A DNA stretch of 64,000 bases from Saccostrea cucullata (taxonomy: Eukaryota): assembly GCF_032062105.1 (NCBI RefSeq), contig NW_026938926.1, forward strand, positions 1 through 64,000, given 5' to 3'. Within the stretch, counting starts at the first letter, position 1, and each line of letters begins with the position of its first letter. Made by a program: the position numbers and the translations under genes. Positions 36,544-50,239 of this stretch are shown one piece after another. The notes below the pieces were generated by a model. It did no database searches. It saw nothing but the letters and a program-made list of their open reading frames with translations, and was not told the origin of the DNA.

Positions 36544-37500
36544 CATTGTCTTTTTCAGCTGTGTTGATCCCTATTTCGGTGATATAAACTGTAGAAGATA
36601 CATATCATTTTGACATTGTTCAATCTCTTGCATCTTATCTCAAGATTCCGAGCGTAATAGTTTGAAATTAGGAGGCTTCTACATATGATTTAAATTTTGT
36701 TAAAAAAAACCAACAAAATTAATACATAATGTACTTATTGAACGCCAATTTAAGATGTAGCTAAATAATGTTTCTTTCCAGAATAAAATAACTGATTTTT
36801 CTTACGTTTCACTTAATACAGAATATTGTTATACTACCATTGTTTTTTCCAACGTTGTTGACCGTTCTTTCGATGGATTGTTTTATCAAAGATAGACACG
36901 ATTCTATCGAAAGGTTTTGCTCAATATCTGTGATGTTAACGAAAGGTTTGGTCAGATTTGAAATACATCCACATATATGATGACAGTACTCATGTACGTT
37001 ACTACAACTGCAAAGCATACGACAAAGCGGACCATAATGAGGTTCTGGACATGTCAAGTTGCATTTATATCCCCAAAATCCAGGTCTGCACTCTATATAT
37101 CACAATGGGTAAGAAAAATTATTCAACAAACGTCTGAAATATCTTGAAACGCAATTAAATGTATTTTTTTTTAATCAATTTCTTTAAGTTTCATCGAAAT
37201 ATCTACACAAAAGGTTTCCTTTAGTATAATAGTCAAATCTTACCAACACACATGTCATTTTTTTCTTCATAGTCTTTACAACAGAAACTTTCATTCCCTC
37301 TATAAAGAAAGGTTATCAATATAAAATGAGATTTGTTTTGTCTCGTATTTGCAGTGAACATTTGTTCAGAGTATATATTACCTGTAACATATGTTTTCCC
37401 CAATCAATGCAACTGCTGAAATGGCTGAGCAGAGGAAAATGAAGAAAATTTGCCAAAATCCATAAAATGTCACCGTTAATTTTGCAGGACGGCACATCAT
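36544..37500 (-). CDS. 5' four exons of MEGF/ced-1-like gene B' (open frame, truncated by the duplication breakpoint)
   Basis: Exons 37500-37382, 37299-37244, 37092-36838 and 36588-36544 splice in frame without stops: signal peptide, CC-containing module, EGF-like Cys repeats, stalk. Confidence 0.75.
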
Positions 37501-38104
37501 CCTTATAATATGGATTTACACTGTGACTGTTTAGTGAATACTGGCACTGAAAGTACTCCGATGTATTGCGGAAGTTGCAAACCCATTTTGTAATTTTCAT
37601 GTAGTCGCCCATGTGACAGAAAACAACAAAGTATACCATGATTACGGACTGACTCTTAAAAATATGAAGATTAAATAATATATCAGTAATACATCAATTC
37701 AAATATAAAGTTGAATATTTGTTTCTTTCTTTATACTTATAAGAATTCCAAACACACGTTCCTAATGATGATAGTTAAATGTAATTGTAGTCAATTAAAA
37801 GGTTTCAGATAAGAAGAAGAAAATCCCAATGATACAATTTAGGGGTATATGTAATTTGCATTCTATACTTATAAACATTTTACGGTAAATCATACAGTTA
37901 TGTTATATGAAATACATGTAATATATTTTCATTCAATGCATTTTATTTTCAAACATATACAAACAAGTGGGTTTTTTTTCTAATTCTGTTACCCCATGCA
38001 CAAAAATAGGTAATTTTAATGAGGAATATTTTTTTTTTAAGTTTAAAGTTTTTTTTTATTGTGGATTATAAATTTAAGCAAAAAAAAAAGTTTTATATTA
38101 TCTT

Positions 38105-38423
38105 TATTTATTTATTTATTTTTGTATGTGGCATGGGACCTCAGTTTATACGGTCTGATCTGAAGCTTCGATCTCGACGTCCGCCTAGAAGGGAGCAAGA
38201 TGTAAGTTGCTCTATGGTCACTTACCGTGGCGTCTATTGTTTGAGTGCCCGATTTGTTGTAAATTTGTTGTAAAGTTCTGCGACACATTTGCGCAGAGAG
38301 CTCTGCGCTAGCCCCCCGCTCCGGAGACGACCCCGCATCTGGATTCTAATGCGCGACCTAAGAGAGCTTTTTACATGCCACTCTAGCTTAGCACAAACTG
38401 TCTAACCACTGCGCCACGCGGGC
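38105..38423 (-). mobile_element. tRNA-derived SINE (mirror copy)
   Basis: Reverse complement of 23988-24305. Confidence 0.7.
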
Positions 38424-39638
38424 GATAGGTGAGTTATGGAAATAGTCTGTACATGAAGACAGTACTGGAAAGTTAGTCATGGAAACATATCACTGAGTTT
38501 TCTAGCCATCAGTTTCTGTCTCTTGAAAACAAAATTCTTGATCAAAACGCCTCAGGATATACTTACCGAACTATTGCCTAATTAGGCATTATATAACTGA
38601 ATTGTAAGAATTTATTTTTTTTTCAAATTTAACATTGAGAGCCATATTCACATATAATTTCTAAATATGCATCGGTGATTTAGAACTAAAGAGATATAAG
38701 GGTATTTTCTTTCAAATATGATCCATAAAAAGATCCATTATTTATGTAATAGAGGGAAAAAAGTTAAGAGAAAACGTATCAAAAATATAGAAAACAATGC
38801 ACCATTTTCAGAAAAAAATATAAGGAAATAAAAAAACTTTTATAGGGTTGAATAATTATTGGCTGAGATCTAATATTGCAGTAATTTATGCTCATCTGCA
38901 CAAGCCTTTCAGGCTCGGTGAATATTGTCTTCCTTACATGTATATAGCTTAATCATCATATTGACCACAAAAAGAGTAATGATTGATAAATGTTTTCCTT
39001 GATATTGAATTTCAACATTAGCCACATAAATTACACGTGTAATCGTTTTAATTATTGATTGATTGATTGTATATTGTTTAACGCCCCTCTCCAGAATATT
39101 TAACTGATATGGAGACGTCTCGTTTTAATTAAAAATTAAAACTTCAATTAAGAAAAAGAAAGATTTTGAGGTAATAAGTTTCGTATATTTAAAATTAAAA
39201 TTTATAATTTATTTTTCTAGTGAAATTCATTTAATGCCTAACGTTACCATATACTTTTATTATGAGAATTGCTTGCCAAATGGACTGACGTACGCACAGC
39301 TGCAAAAAACGAAATTATCGGAAGGGGGGGCATGTAGTGCATTTTGTTTGCTTCTGTGTTTACAGGTGACATGTTGCTGTTCCTTCTCCTCCCCATCCAG
39401 TAGATATAAACGACTTGAAGATTGAAAACGCAACAGTTTACTTGTTATATTTTCTCTATAATTAATAACCTTTTTGTACCTTTTTCTTTATTGAATCAAA
39501 TAAAATGTATAAGGACTGATCCAAAAATCATGTAAAATGTACGGTCAATATCTGAAATATTTTGCGTCATATTATCAAATATAATGTACTAAAAGATGCA
39601 TAAAGATGTATGAATTTTATCAAAATTGAAAATTTCAA

Positions 39639-39675
<37 letters not shown>

Positions 39676-40796
39676 GTCTTTGACCATTCTGTTTTTTTTT
39701 TCAGATTTCCCCCTTGTAATACATATTGTGACCCCGCCCTACCCCAATGATCATAATCTAAACAATTTGAAATCTACACTACCTCAGGATGCTTCCACAT
39801 AAGTTTTAGCTTTTCTGGCCCATGGTTATTGAGAAGATTTTTAAAGATTTTTCCTATATATTTCTATATATAAAATTTTGATTCCCCATTTTGACCCCGC
39901 CCTACCTCCTGGGGTCATGATTTGAAAAATTTACAATCTACACTATCCCAGGGTGCTTCAACATAAGTTTCAGTTTTTCTGGCCCAGTGATTCATGAGAA
40001 GAGGATTTTCAAAGATTTTTCCCTATATATTTCTATGTAGTACTTTGATTTCCCATTGTGGCCCCGCCCTACCCCCGGGGGTCATGATTTGAACAATTTA
40101 CAATCTACACTACCCAAGGGTGCTTCCATATAAGTTTCAGCTTTTCTGGCCCTGTGGTTCTTGAGAAGAAGATTTTCAAAGATTTTTCCTATATATTTCT
40201 ATGTAAAACTTTGATTCCCAATTGTGGCCCCGCCCTTCCCCCAAGGGTCATGATTTGAAGAATTCAGAATCTACATTATACCAGGATGCTTCTACATAAG
40301 TTTCAGCTTTTCTGGACCAGTGGTTCTTGAGAAGAAGATTTTTAAAGATTTTTCCTATATATTTCTATGTAAAACTTTGATTCCCCATTGTGGCCCCGCC
40401 CTATCCCCGGGGGTCATGATTTGTACAATTTAGAACCTACACTACCCCAGGGTGCTTCCATATAAGTTTCAGCTTTTCTGGCCCAGTGGTTCTTGAGAAG
40501 AAGATTTTTAAAGATTTTTCCTATATATTTCTATGTAAAACTTTGATTCCCCATTGTGGCCCCGCCCAACCCCCGGGGGTCATGGTTTGAACAATTTAAA
40601 ATCTACACTACCCCAGGATGCTTCCACATAAGTTTCAGCTTTATTGGCCCAGTGGTTCTTGAGAAGAAGATTTTTTAATGACCCCACTCTATTTTTGTCT
40701 TTTCTTGATTATCTCCCCTTGTGAGGGGACTTGGCCCTTCATTTTCACAATTTAAAATCCCCTTCAACCAAGGATGCTTCGTACCAAGTTTGGTCA

Positions 40797-40833
<37 letters not shown>

Positions 40834-40915
40834 GTGAAAAGTTTACAGACGGACGGACGGACAGACAGACAGACAGACAGACGGACGGACAGACGGACGG
40901 ACGACGGACAAAATG

Positions 40916-40960
<45 letters not shown>
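39639..40960 (-). mobile_element. HINE/Helentron element with ~166-bp satellite array (mirror copy)
   Basis: Reverse complement of 21426-22743; some monomers differ. Confidence 0.9.
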
Positions 40961-40961
<1 letters not shown>

Positions 40962-41009
40962 CTGTTTAATTGGATTCAAACATAAAGGGTGTCTCCGCGT
41001 CACAACTAA

Positions 41010-41812
41010 TGCCTAGGTCACATTTAAGCCGATGGTCGCGCGACTAAATTTTTCTGGTCTTGTCGGCTGAAAGAACAGGATCGGCCGACACAGTATCGGG
41101 CGACACGGAGCAGTCACATTATTTCCTAGGGACACCGATGACTTGGATGAATAACACAAAAAATCTTTTTTCTTTAGAAATCAGCAATATTTTTTCATAG
41201 ATATATATTCAGATAGGTGACGTGAGTAATGTTTGCAAGGCAAAGTGGCAGAATCTTATAAAATTGTGACTCAATGTTGAAAATGTGTGTAAAATTTGTA
41301 TGGAATTGCATAAAAACGACAAATGGTGCATATCAATGCAGCAAAGAATACTTCAGATTTCTTTATATCTTACGGATTAATTATTTATGTTATCTCCGTT
41401 CAAAAAATTTATATCAATCCATGCATCAAAATTTTGTTTGTGTTATGTATCATTAATAGGTTAAATATTCACAATCATCGAGCTCTGAGCTACAGTTTGA
41501 TTTTAACCGTCGGTCGAAATTTTCAACACCTTTATTGTCCAACGACGGACGACCGACTTAATAAACTGACAGCCGATGGTTGGACGATGATCGAAGTTTG
41601 GTCGACGGATAACTGCACTTGAAGAAATCGGCCACCGACGCATGAAAAATTATAACTTGGACCGATGGACACGATATTGGTCGGCCGACAAAAAAATAGG
41701 TCAAAATCGGCCAAGACAACGGCCGATGAACTGACGACTGTCATCCGAAGAATCCCATTTTTGCTTCAAAACCCGTCGGCCGTTAGTCGTTTTTGGAAAT
41801 GTGACTGAGGTT
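41010..41812. mobile_element. PIF/Harbinger-like non-autonomous element (mirror copy)
   Basis: Reverse complement of 20599-21376 with small insertions; TAA flanks. Confidence 0.55.
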
Positions 41813-42446
41813 TAAACGTCACGTTTTAAAGTGTATATTGTTAGAATGGAAAAAGACAAACACATTAAAAAGCACCTAAAAAGCGTCTAATCGATCAATA
41901 TTTTAGAATGCAAAATTTTACATTTTCTAATCTTAAGTTGAACATAAAATGATGTCATTGTTTTTTATAAAACAAAATAAAAACATTGTTTTAATATGCT
42001 GTATTGAACAAAGGAAATGTCGAAATGAAAAGAAAAAAAAACTGAAACGAGCTGCAATGCGTTTTGGCTTCAAAATGAAACTGTTTGTTTTATTTTATGC
42101 CGATGATACTGTAATTCTTGAGGAAACTGCTGAAGATCTTTAGAGAGCATTAAATGAATTTTGCAAATATTGTGAAAAATGAAAATTATGTGTGAATATA
42201 AAGAAAACAAGATACAGTGTCATAGAAGTAGTCAAGGATTTGAATTATTTGAGGATTTTATTTTCTCGTACAGGCTAGTTGTGTAAAGCAAGAAAACACC
42301 TAAGCGAACAAGCACCAAAGGCGATGTATGGTGTGATAGTAAAATTAAGCATATAATCTCCCCTTCGAATGTCAATTGAATTTGTTTGATAAAGTAGTTT
42401 TACCAGTATTGTTATATGGCTGTGAAAAATAGGGTTATGAAAATAT

Positions 42447-45400
42447 GACAAGCCATGAGAATTTTGGCCCAAATGAGGTACCTGAGAGAAAATGAGATTT
42501 TTATACTATCTAGTAGAGATGACCCCCAGTAACAACTATCTGTTGTTTTTTCTTTGATATCCCTATTCATTGTCAAGAAAATTGGACTTTACTAATTGGT
42601 TGTTATGCGCCCGGATCGGTAGATCAGGAGCGCATACTGTTTTTGTCCTGTCTATCTTTAAATGTTAACCTTTGCCATAACTTTTGAACCATGAGAGATA
42701 GAAACCTCATATTTGGTATGCATATTCCAGTAACCAAGCTCTTTCAAATGACACCAAGGCCAATGACCTTGTGACCTTGACTGTGACCTACTTGTATTTG
42801 CTAAAAATAGTCTTTTTTAACCTTTGCAATACATCTTTAACAATACGAGATAGAAACTTCATACTTTCTATGCGTACTCCACTAAATTAAGTTTTTTCAA
42901 ATGACACCAAGGTTAATGACCTTGTCACCTTGATTGTGACCTATATACTAAAAATAGTTTTTTCAAACTTAGGGACCACTGGGTATATAGTGTTTCATGA
43001 ACACATCTTGCTTTATCTGATATTGGTGATTTCTGCGACTTTAAAGTTACATAAAAGCAATGAAGTAACACAATTTGAAATATATGTTATTTCATTCTGA
43101 AACACATATTGTTTGATCAAATTAATACAACAGAATATAACAGTTTTAAGAACTGGATAAAATCAAACTCTTAACATCCATGACAGCATGTAAATTACAT
43201 TGATTTGTTACAATGTTCATTTGCACATTTTCTCTTTCCTAATTTCACTTTCTGTTCAACTTTTATGGCTGATGGTTTTGGTACACTTGGGCGGGGACAT
43301 GCCTCATGACTGGCACAGTATGGGGCCACCTCGTCGTATAAATACCACTGTCGCTGTGCGTCAAGGCCACATGCTTTAATAACAGTTGGAAGAGAGGCAT
43401 CCATGTTTGGAAACCTGAAATCTTTGTGTTTCAGGATGTTGACAGTAATTTCTTCATCTCCAGCATACTTTCGTAGATGGACTACTCCAGGATGTTCATG
43501 TGTCATGCTGCAAAAGTCAAAGATGTTAGATCTTCCAACATATATTGTTTTTTTTAAATATATTTATCGACAGCTTAATGCAAAAGATATTGAAGGAGCA
43601 CAGTCATGGCAGTTAGAATTAGTTAAGAATTTCTTTTCAGTTCTGTTTTTAGCAGCATACATGTATACAAAAATTTTCAAAATTCAATGCTAACAGAATT
43701 CTTCATAACCTTATCATGCTTATACTTAAAATTTGCATTTGTCAACATGGGCTTAAATCTGATGTATTTGGTGTTTGCTTTTGGGGATTTTTTTTTTTTT
43801 TGTATACATGTTCATGTAATTTTTTTAATTTGACAACATAAAGATTTTTAATTGAGGGATAAATTATACAAGCATAAGAAAATAAAAGAATATATGACAA
43901 ACAAACACCAAATATATATATTTAATAAGATGATCAGGTATAAAGAAAAATACTAAATTAATTTTGATGTTTTGGTCTGAAATTTGCTGGTTTTACTAAA
44001 GTCATGAAATTCAGACCAAATTAGATAAAATGAAAAAAAATATAATACCATAGAAGTACTTTTTTCGTATGGTATTAATTTACGGTATGTACGCGGTCAC
44101 AAATTTTTTGCGGAAATTTGTCCAAGCATACTTAATAAACATGTAAGGTATATATAGGGACAGTTAAGAAATCCACATGATTTTCTACCTGCAGATTAAA
44201 CAAAAATCAAGATTCCACAGAATTATGACAGCGTGGAAAAAAGTATGTCTACAGTATACTTGAAGATCTTATCTATGCCTCTCTGTGCATTTGTTGTTCT
44301 GTGATAACTCAACCTCCAATAAATTAATTGCTAAAAAACACAGGCAATATAATGCATACCGAAAATGATGATACTGCTTGAGTTGAGGTATTGGCTTGAA
44401 GTACTGCTTGAGAAACGTGCTCCAGTCATAGAAAATGACTGGATACTGGGGATCCTCTACAAGCTGGGGAATATTATGGTTATTCCTAGATGAATGAGCA
44501 ACGGATTTGGCCACTTCCTCAAGATTCTCTGCAGTTGTTCCTCGCCATTTCACCTTCCAGAGCCCAAAATGCCAGTCGGGATGAAACTTTGTGTGGCCTG
44601 CCTCCATCAGAGAAAACTCAATGGTCATATGTCTGCCGGTCATAACTCGCCACATCCCTATATCTACAAGACATTCTTTTAAAATAAAATTCAAAAGAGA
44701 CAAGATCTCTAAATGCACTTCTAAAAGAACTTCATTATGAAACTAAACTAATCAAAGAGAACAAATGAATTGAAAATAATTTTGCCAGTGTATTTCATTA
44801 CATGTACCACATGTAAACATGGATGTATTTGACATGAAGACACCTATTGTATTAATTTTGCAAAAATACCATCCACACAAATGGTAGTTAAAATATAGAC
44901 AGTTGGATTGGAAATACATACCCAATAACAGTGTTGTTTTTATTTTGACCAGTGCAGTTGTCCATATGGAGTTGTAAATTCATTTCTCCATAACCTTTAT
45001 GTTGAAAATGGTGGTGAATCATACTGGCAACAGAGTTTGCCCCCTTTCCAGAATGCTGAGACTCATCAATCAAGTAAAATATCTGTGATCCTGGATAAAA
45101 GTTCACAAAAAAATGTTTGCACTGAAAAAGTTAATTATTCTTTTACTTCAATTTTTTTTATGAAAGGGTGCATTTCTAAAAATGTAATTCTAAATTTACA
45201 GGTTGCATGTATTAGCCAATTAAATGCACTGCCTAGTCTGTTTTATAAATTAAATTTGTTAGACTAGTAGTAGTAAACTTGTACATGAATCTATAAATTT
45301 TATTTTCTATCATTGAACTAAAAGAGTAATGCTAAAAAATCAATTAGACTATTGTAGTCTTGTGTTTGACGTTCTAAAAATTACCTGAACCCTCTGAACC

Positions 45401-47127
45401 GATTCCAAAACACTGGCATTTCCGTGGGGTTTTGAAGAACAAAGGACCAACCTGTTGCGCATAATGTGGATAATGTATTTGCTGGGCATAATCAAAACTG
45501 TAATGTTGAGTTCCCTCCAAAGAGCAGATGGGCTGACCTAGGGAAAATATCAGTAGCCAATTGATTAAGAAAAATCACTAATTTAACAGAACTAATGCAT
45601 AAATGATTAACTAATTTCAAACAATATTACTTGAATCATATAATAAATTGTTACCTCTGGTTTTTCTCTCATTTGGAAGAGCAGAAAAGCTAGTTTTAGA
45701 AACTTCACATTGCCTTCTGTAATAATCCCTCTGCATCTTTGATTTTTCAACATGAGCTGTGTATTTCTCAAGATGTTGCTCCTTTTCCTCTTCTGTCATC
45801 ATGCCACCATGAACCAGGATATTCGCATAGGATTGGCATTTATAACATAGGTCTGTTGAAGGCTTGCTAATTAGAACATGTGGACATATATTCAGCCAAA
45901 CTCTTTTAAATTCTGACAAACATATCTTTCTCAAATGTAGACTCTCTGCAGCTAACAAATAGTCCTGATGTATATCAGCCTTGGTCTTATCAGAGGGCAA
46001 CACTATAGCTCTACAATCTCTGTAGTTTGGCAGTCTTCCTGGTAACGGTAAACCAAACTTGTTTCCATAAGATGTTAGAAAATCTTTTACAGATTGAACA
46101 TCATTTACAGTGAGGGCATGCTTTGGATGTTTACCAATGTTTCCATGAATTCTAGGAGCGAGTCCATCCTTATCAAGGGAACGAGCAAGCGCGTCCACCG
46201 TCTTCCTATAAACTCCATGGCAAAACGCAAATGTTTCTCTACACACTTGATGTCCATTAAAAAAATATTCTTGTCTAATTCTCTCCCTTTCTTTTGATCT
46301 ATGTTTCTTTGCACTAGTAACTTTGTCATTTCGCCGATGGTGAAATAATTGCACTTTGATCATCATATCTAGTTCCTCCTTGTTCATTTCCAGGCACGTG
46401 TTTCTGTATTCAAGCAAAGATTCTAAATCGACGACCTCACTACATGGTTTTCCGTAGAGTCGAGAACAACCGCATGTTTTAGAATTAAACTTTTGAAATT
46501 GGTCAATTTCATTCTTATCTACCTCACTCTGCTCTATTGGTACTAAATTTTCTCGATCTCCTATTTCTCCATCGCTTTCATTTTCGTCAGAGCTCTCTGC
46601 GTTATCAGAGTGATATTCTGGGTCGACATCCGATGTGTTTGACAAGTTTCCAAAATATAGGTCATTCACTCGATTTATTTCGTTTACAAATTCTTCATCT
46701 TCGTTTTCTACTATTTCCGGGGGGATTGTACTTGCATTAGAAACTGCACTTGACTGGCTTAGTTGGCTGCAGCTTTCCATTCCGGCGATTCTATTCAGTT
46801 TAAATCTCCCTCATTTCTCGAGACGCCATGATTGTTTACACCAACAACTCGGAAACTAAAGAAGAGTTAGTCTTACGGGGAATAACTCTAAATAATCTCG
46901 ATTTTTTCCCTCGAAAACTTTCAATAATATTTAAATCAAAATAAGATCGATTTTCTTATTATTTTTATTTATATAAAAAAGTCTTTAAACATTACACAAT
47001 TTAAATTCATCCTGCAATTATTTTAACAAGTGCGCGAAATTCACGCTTTTTTGTAAACGTTGATTGTGACGTTTTTTTCATTATTACGTTTTGCCGCATT
47101 TGGGCCAAAAATCTCATGGCGAGTCAC
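42447..47127 (-). mobile_element. Sola DNA transposon (mirror copy)
   Basis: Same TIRs and ATAT flanks as 15288-19965. Confidence 0.88.
43195..46780 (-). CDS. Sola DDD transposase, near-intact copy
   Basis: Exon 1 (46780-45655) is fully open (acidic N-terminus, CGC, CRETF, CYKC). Later exons carry SFDYAQQ, DNCTGQNKN and GHTKFHPD. One apparent 1-nt insertion at the start of exon 4 (~44659). Confidence 0.85.
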
Positions 47128-49101
47128 ATATCGATATTATTGAACGAGTACATTTTAATTATTTAAAACATATGTTGAATTTGAAAAGTAGCACTCCAAG
47201 TTATATGATTAATGAAGAAACTGGACGGTTTCCATTACACATAAATATTTACTCAAGAATGATAAAATATTAGGCAAAACTTTTGAATGAAAAAGAAAAC
47301 AAATTGTCTAGAATAGTATATATGTATTTACATAAACAACATGATAAAGAGGAAATGAAAAACTCATGGATATCATTTGTACAAAAGATTTTTAATAGAT
47401 GTGGTTTATAAAATTATCCAATTGTAGTGTATGTGACCCCCCCCCCCCTTTTAATTTTTATGTCATGTAGTTAGGGTATATGACATTCATTATTTAATCC
47501 GCAATATAGTGTTTATTCATGCTGAGTCAATGACTGTAATATTTTACTGTAATTGTGTGAGCTTGGAGCGGGTTGATTATTTAATCCACAATATAGTGTT
47601 TATTCATGCTGAGTCAATGACTGTAATACTTTACTGTAATTGTGTGAGCTTGGAGCGGGTTGATTTTTCTATCAAATAGAGTCAATGTCTGTAATATGCT
47701 ATCATGCTTTATAGTGATTTGGAGCGGGTTGATGAAGTTTGTTTATTCAAGAAGTTTTATTTTGTTTTACTATGAATGTGCTGTTCGCAAAGTTGTACCT
47801 AAGTTATGTAATTGTATTTATAAATACTTGAAATCAAGAGTAAATTGTAGTATCATAGTATGTTGGCAATGTAAACATGACAGAGATAATTCGAACTGAA
47901 TTAGAGTTTGACAGGAGATTTGTAAAGTGGGTCATTTGTAGATTATAACTTACGTATATATAGCAACTTATTACTGTGCGTAAAAGTATGTGATTGTTGT
48001 TTATTTAGTGTTACTTAATTAATTTGATACCTGTAAACAGTCTAAACTTCGTTTGGCACATGTTTGACAGTTTTGGAACTCTTCTGTACGATGTACTTCC
48101 GGTTTAAGAAAAACGTGTTAATCTATTCGATAAATTGTTCTCCTATTGATTGTATAGTCGATAAATTTATTGAGTATAAATGGTTACGAATGAATGTATT
48201 TTGAGATGAATTATGTCACGTGGTCAAGCTGGCTTTCTCCAAGAATCACAAAAGTTCAATAAATTTGATAAATTTATTTACAAAACGAATAATAATAATA
48301 ACAAAAACCTCACACCATCTACCACACTCTGATCCACACCCCGTACTCACTATTAAACAGTTAATAAAAAAAAAACAATTATCTTGGTAACCAATTAACA
48401 ATCAACCAATCTACCCCGGGTATATATCTCAGTTATCAATCAATGTTTCAATTATTGAATTAATGCCAAACGTTTTCCAACGTAGTGATCGTCTCCGTAT
48501 CATCGATCATCATCCACATCGTCATCATAACCATCATCATGATCATCATATACATAAAACCATGCATGTCAGGTTTGCCACTAGCAGGTTGGGCACACAC
48601 CCCCATTTGGTTGATCCACTCCCGTTTGGTGGTCAATCAACCAAATCGTATACATTGTTAACTGACCAAATGGGAGTTACTTTTCGTGTTTTTCGATTTA
48701 CACCTGCTTTTTAACTCGGCGCACTAAGATGACAGGAGTGGTAAGTAATTTAGGTTCCCTCGTGTCTTTAAACATAAAAATATGGAACATTGCATGTGGA
48801 AATTTGTGCGCCTGGGTGTGCAAATTTCAGGTATGCTAAGTAAAATCCTGATTATGGCCATTATTTTTGCATAATATTACCTTACAATTAATCCAAATGC
48901 TTCAAAATTCACATGAGGAGCCCCTTCTCCAAACATTCTACTTTCGATTCCAATTATCCGGGTTACTTCAAAACAATTGTAGCCAATGAAATCTCTTGAT
49001 CTATATAAACTTCGGTCGAAAGCTCAAACTTTAATACGGAGCGTCGTTTGTGTAAATTTTCAATAAATGCATTCTCTATTCATTTTTTTCATATTGTGTA
49101 G

Positions 49102-50175
49102 AAAAAAACTACAAGAGGTGGCAAAGTAACCATTTTAAGACAAATTAAAAAGAAGAAGGACCCCACCAAAGTCTTAACAGACCAGAAAAAGATGATACGC
49201 TCCTTCAACAAACGAAAGGATACACTTCTTGAAAAGGTGTGTATTCATTCAAAAGCATGTTCAAGACATCTTATATTACATAATTACACGATCAGAAACA
49301 CTTGTTTTAATTCCAGCTTTGTTACTAACCGCCTAATTAAAAAAACGCACCGAAATTTTGATTAATAACTCTTTAATAATCATGGTAATGGAATCATAAA
49401 AATCATTGAAAATGTAAAAAAAAAACAAACAAACAAACAAACAAAAAACAAAAAAAAGCATATATTTATGAACATGCATTCAAAGTTTTTAAAGAGTTAT
49501 ATCAAATTTTTAAAAAAAATATCATTAAAGTAACAAATATGTACATTCTTAAAGATGTCATAGTTTTAAAAGATTTTTAACATGGCACAGGTTCAAGATA
49601 TATATACAGCAACTTCAGCACAGGTTTCACTCACAGTGAGGGCACCTGCTTCAGGAATTGTGTATGAATATTCCAGTCCAAATTTCAAAAAGGTACAAAT
49701 GTGAAAAACCCTGTCATCTATCCGTTTAATTTAAGTAAATCTTAAATTTATATACATGTACAATAAAAAATACAAATTAATAATAATATAACATAATTAT
49801 GTACACAAGGTCCCGACTATTGAAACTTCAATGTCCTGTGCGTCACCCTCTGCTTCTTCATCTGCCCCTGCATCACCTACTTTGCCATCTTCTCCCTCTA
49901 CTTCTTCTGCACATCCTACATCGGCTTCATCGCCCACTTTCAAAGAGGTCAGCACCCAAACGACAGAATCAACCCTCGGAGGAGATTCGGCTGACGAGTC
50001 TTGCTGTCGGATCTGTGGAGAATCTCTATCGGAGAGCAAGCTGTGGGTGGGTTGTGAAGTAAAGGATTGCTCTTTCTGGAGGCATGCCTGGTGCATGGGG
50101 GTTACTGCGTTCCGAAAAAATGCTCTGAAAAATTAAAAAAATTTTTGTCCTAAACATTTAGGTGTAAAGAAATAA
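49102..50175 (+). CDS. MADS-box-like plus PHD finger gene (mirror copy)
   Basis: Exons 49102-49236 (45 codons, open), 49591-49692 (34 codons) and 49810-50175, all joined in phase 0. In-frame TAA at 50134-50136 lies just before the last PHD ligands (TTA in the left copy). Confidence 0.8.
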
Positions 50176-50239
50176 ATGCTCGGTAGTTAATTTTTTTTTT
50201 CAAGCGAGTAATTTGCAAAAATTATGAATATTCATACCT

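Larger units (their letters stand above)
42070..47425 (+). mobile_element. Decayed non-LTR retrotransposon fragment split by Sola (mirror copy)
   Basis: YADD motif in ORF 41949-42143; continuation IDIIERVHFNYLKHMLNLKSSTPSYMINEETGRFPL in ORF 47091-47273. Confidence 0.8.
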
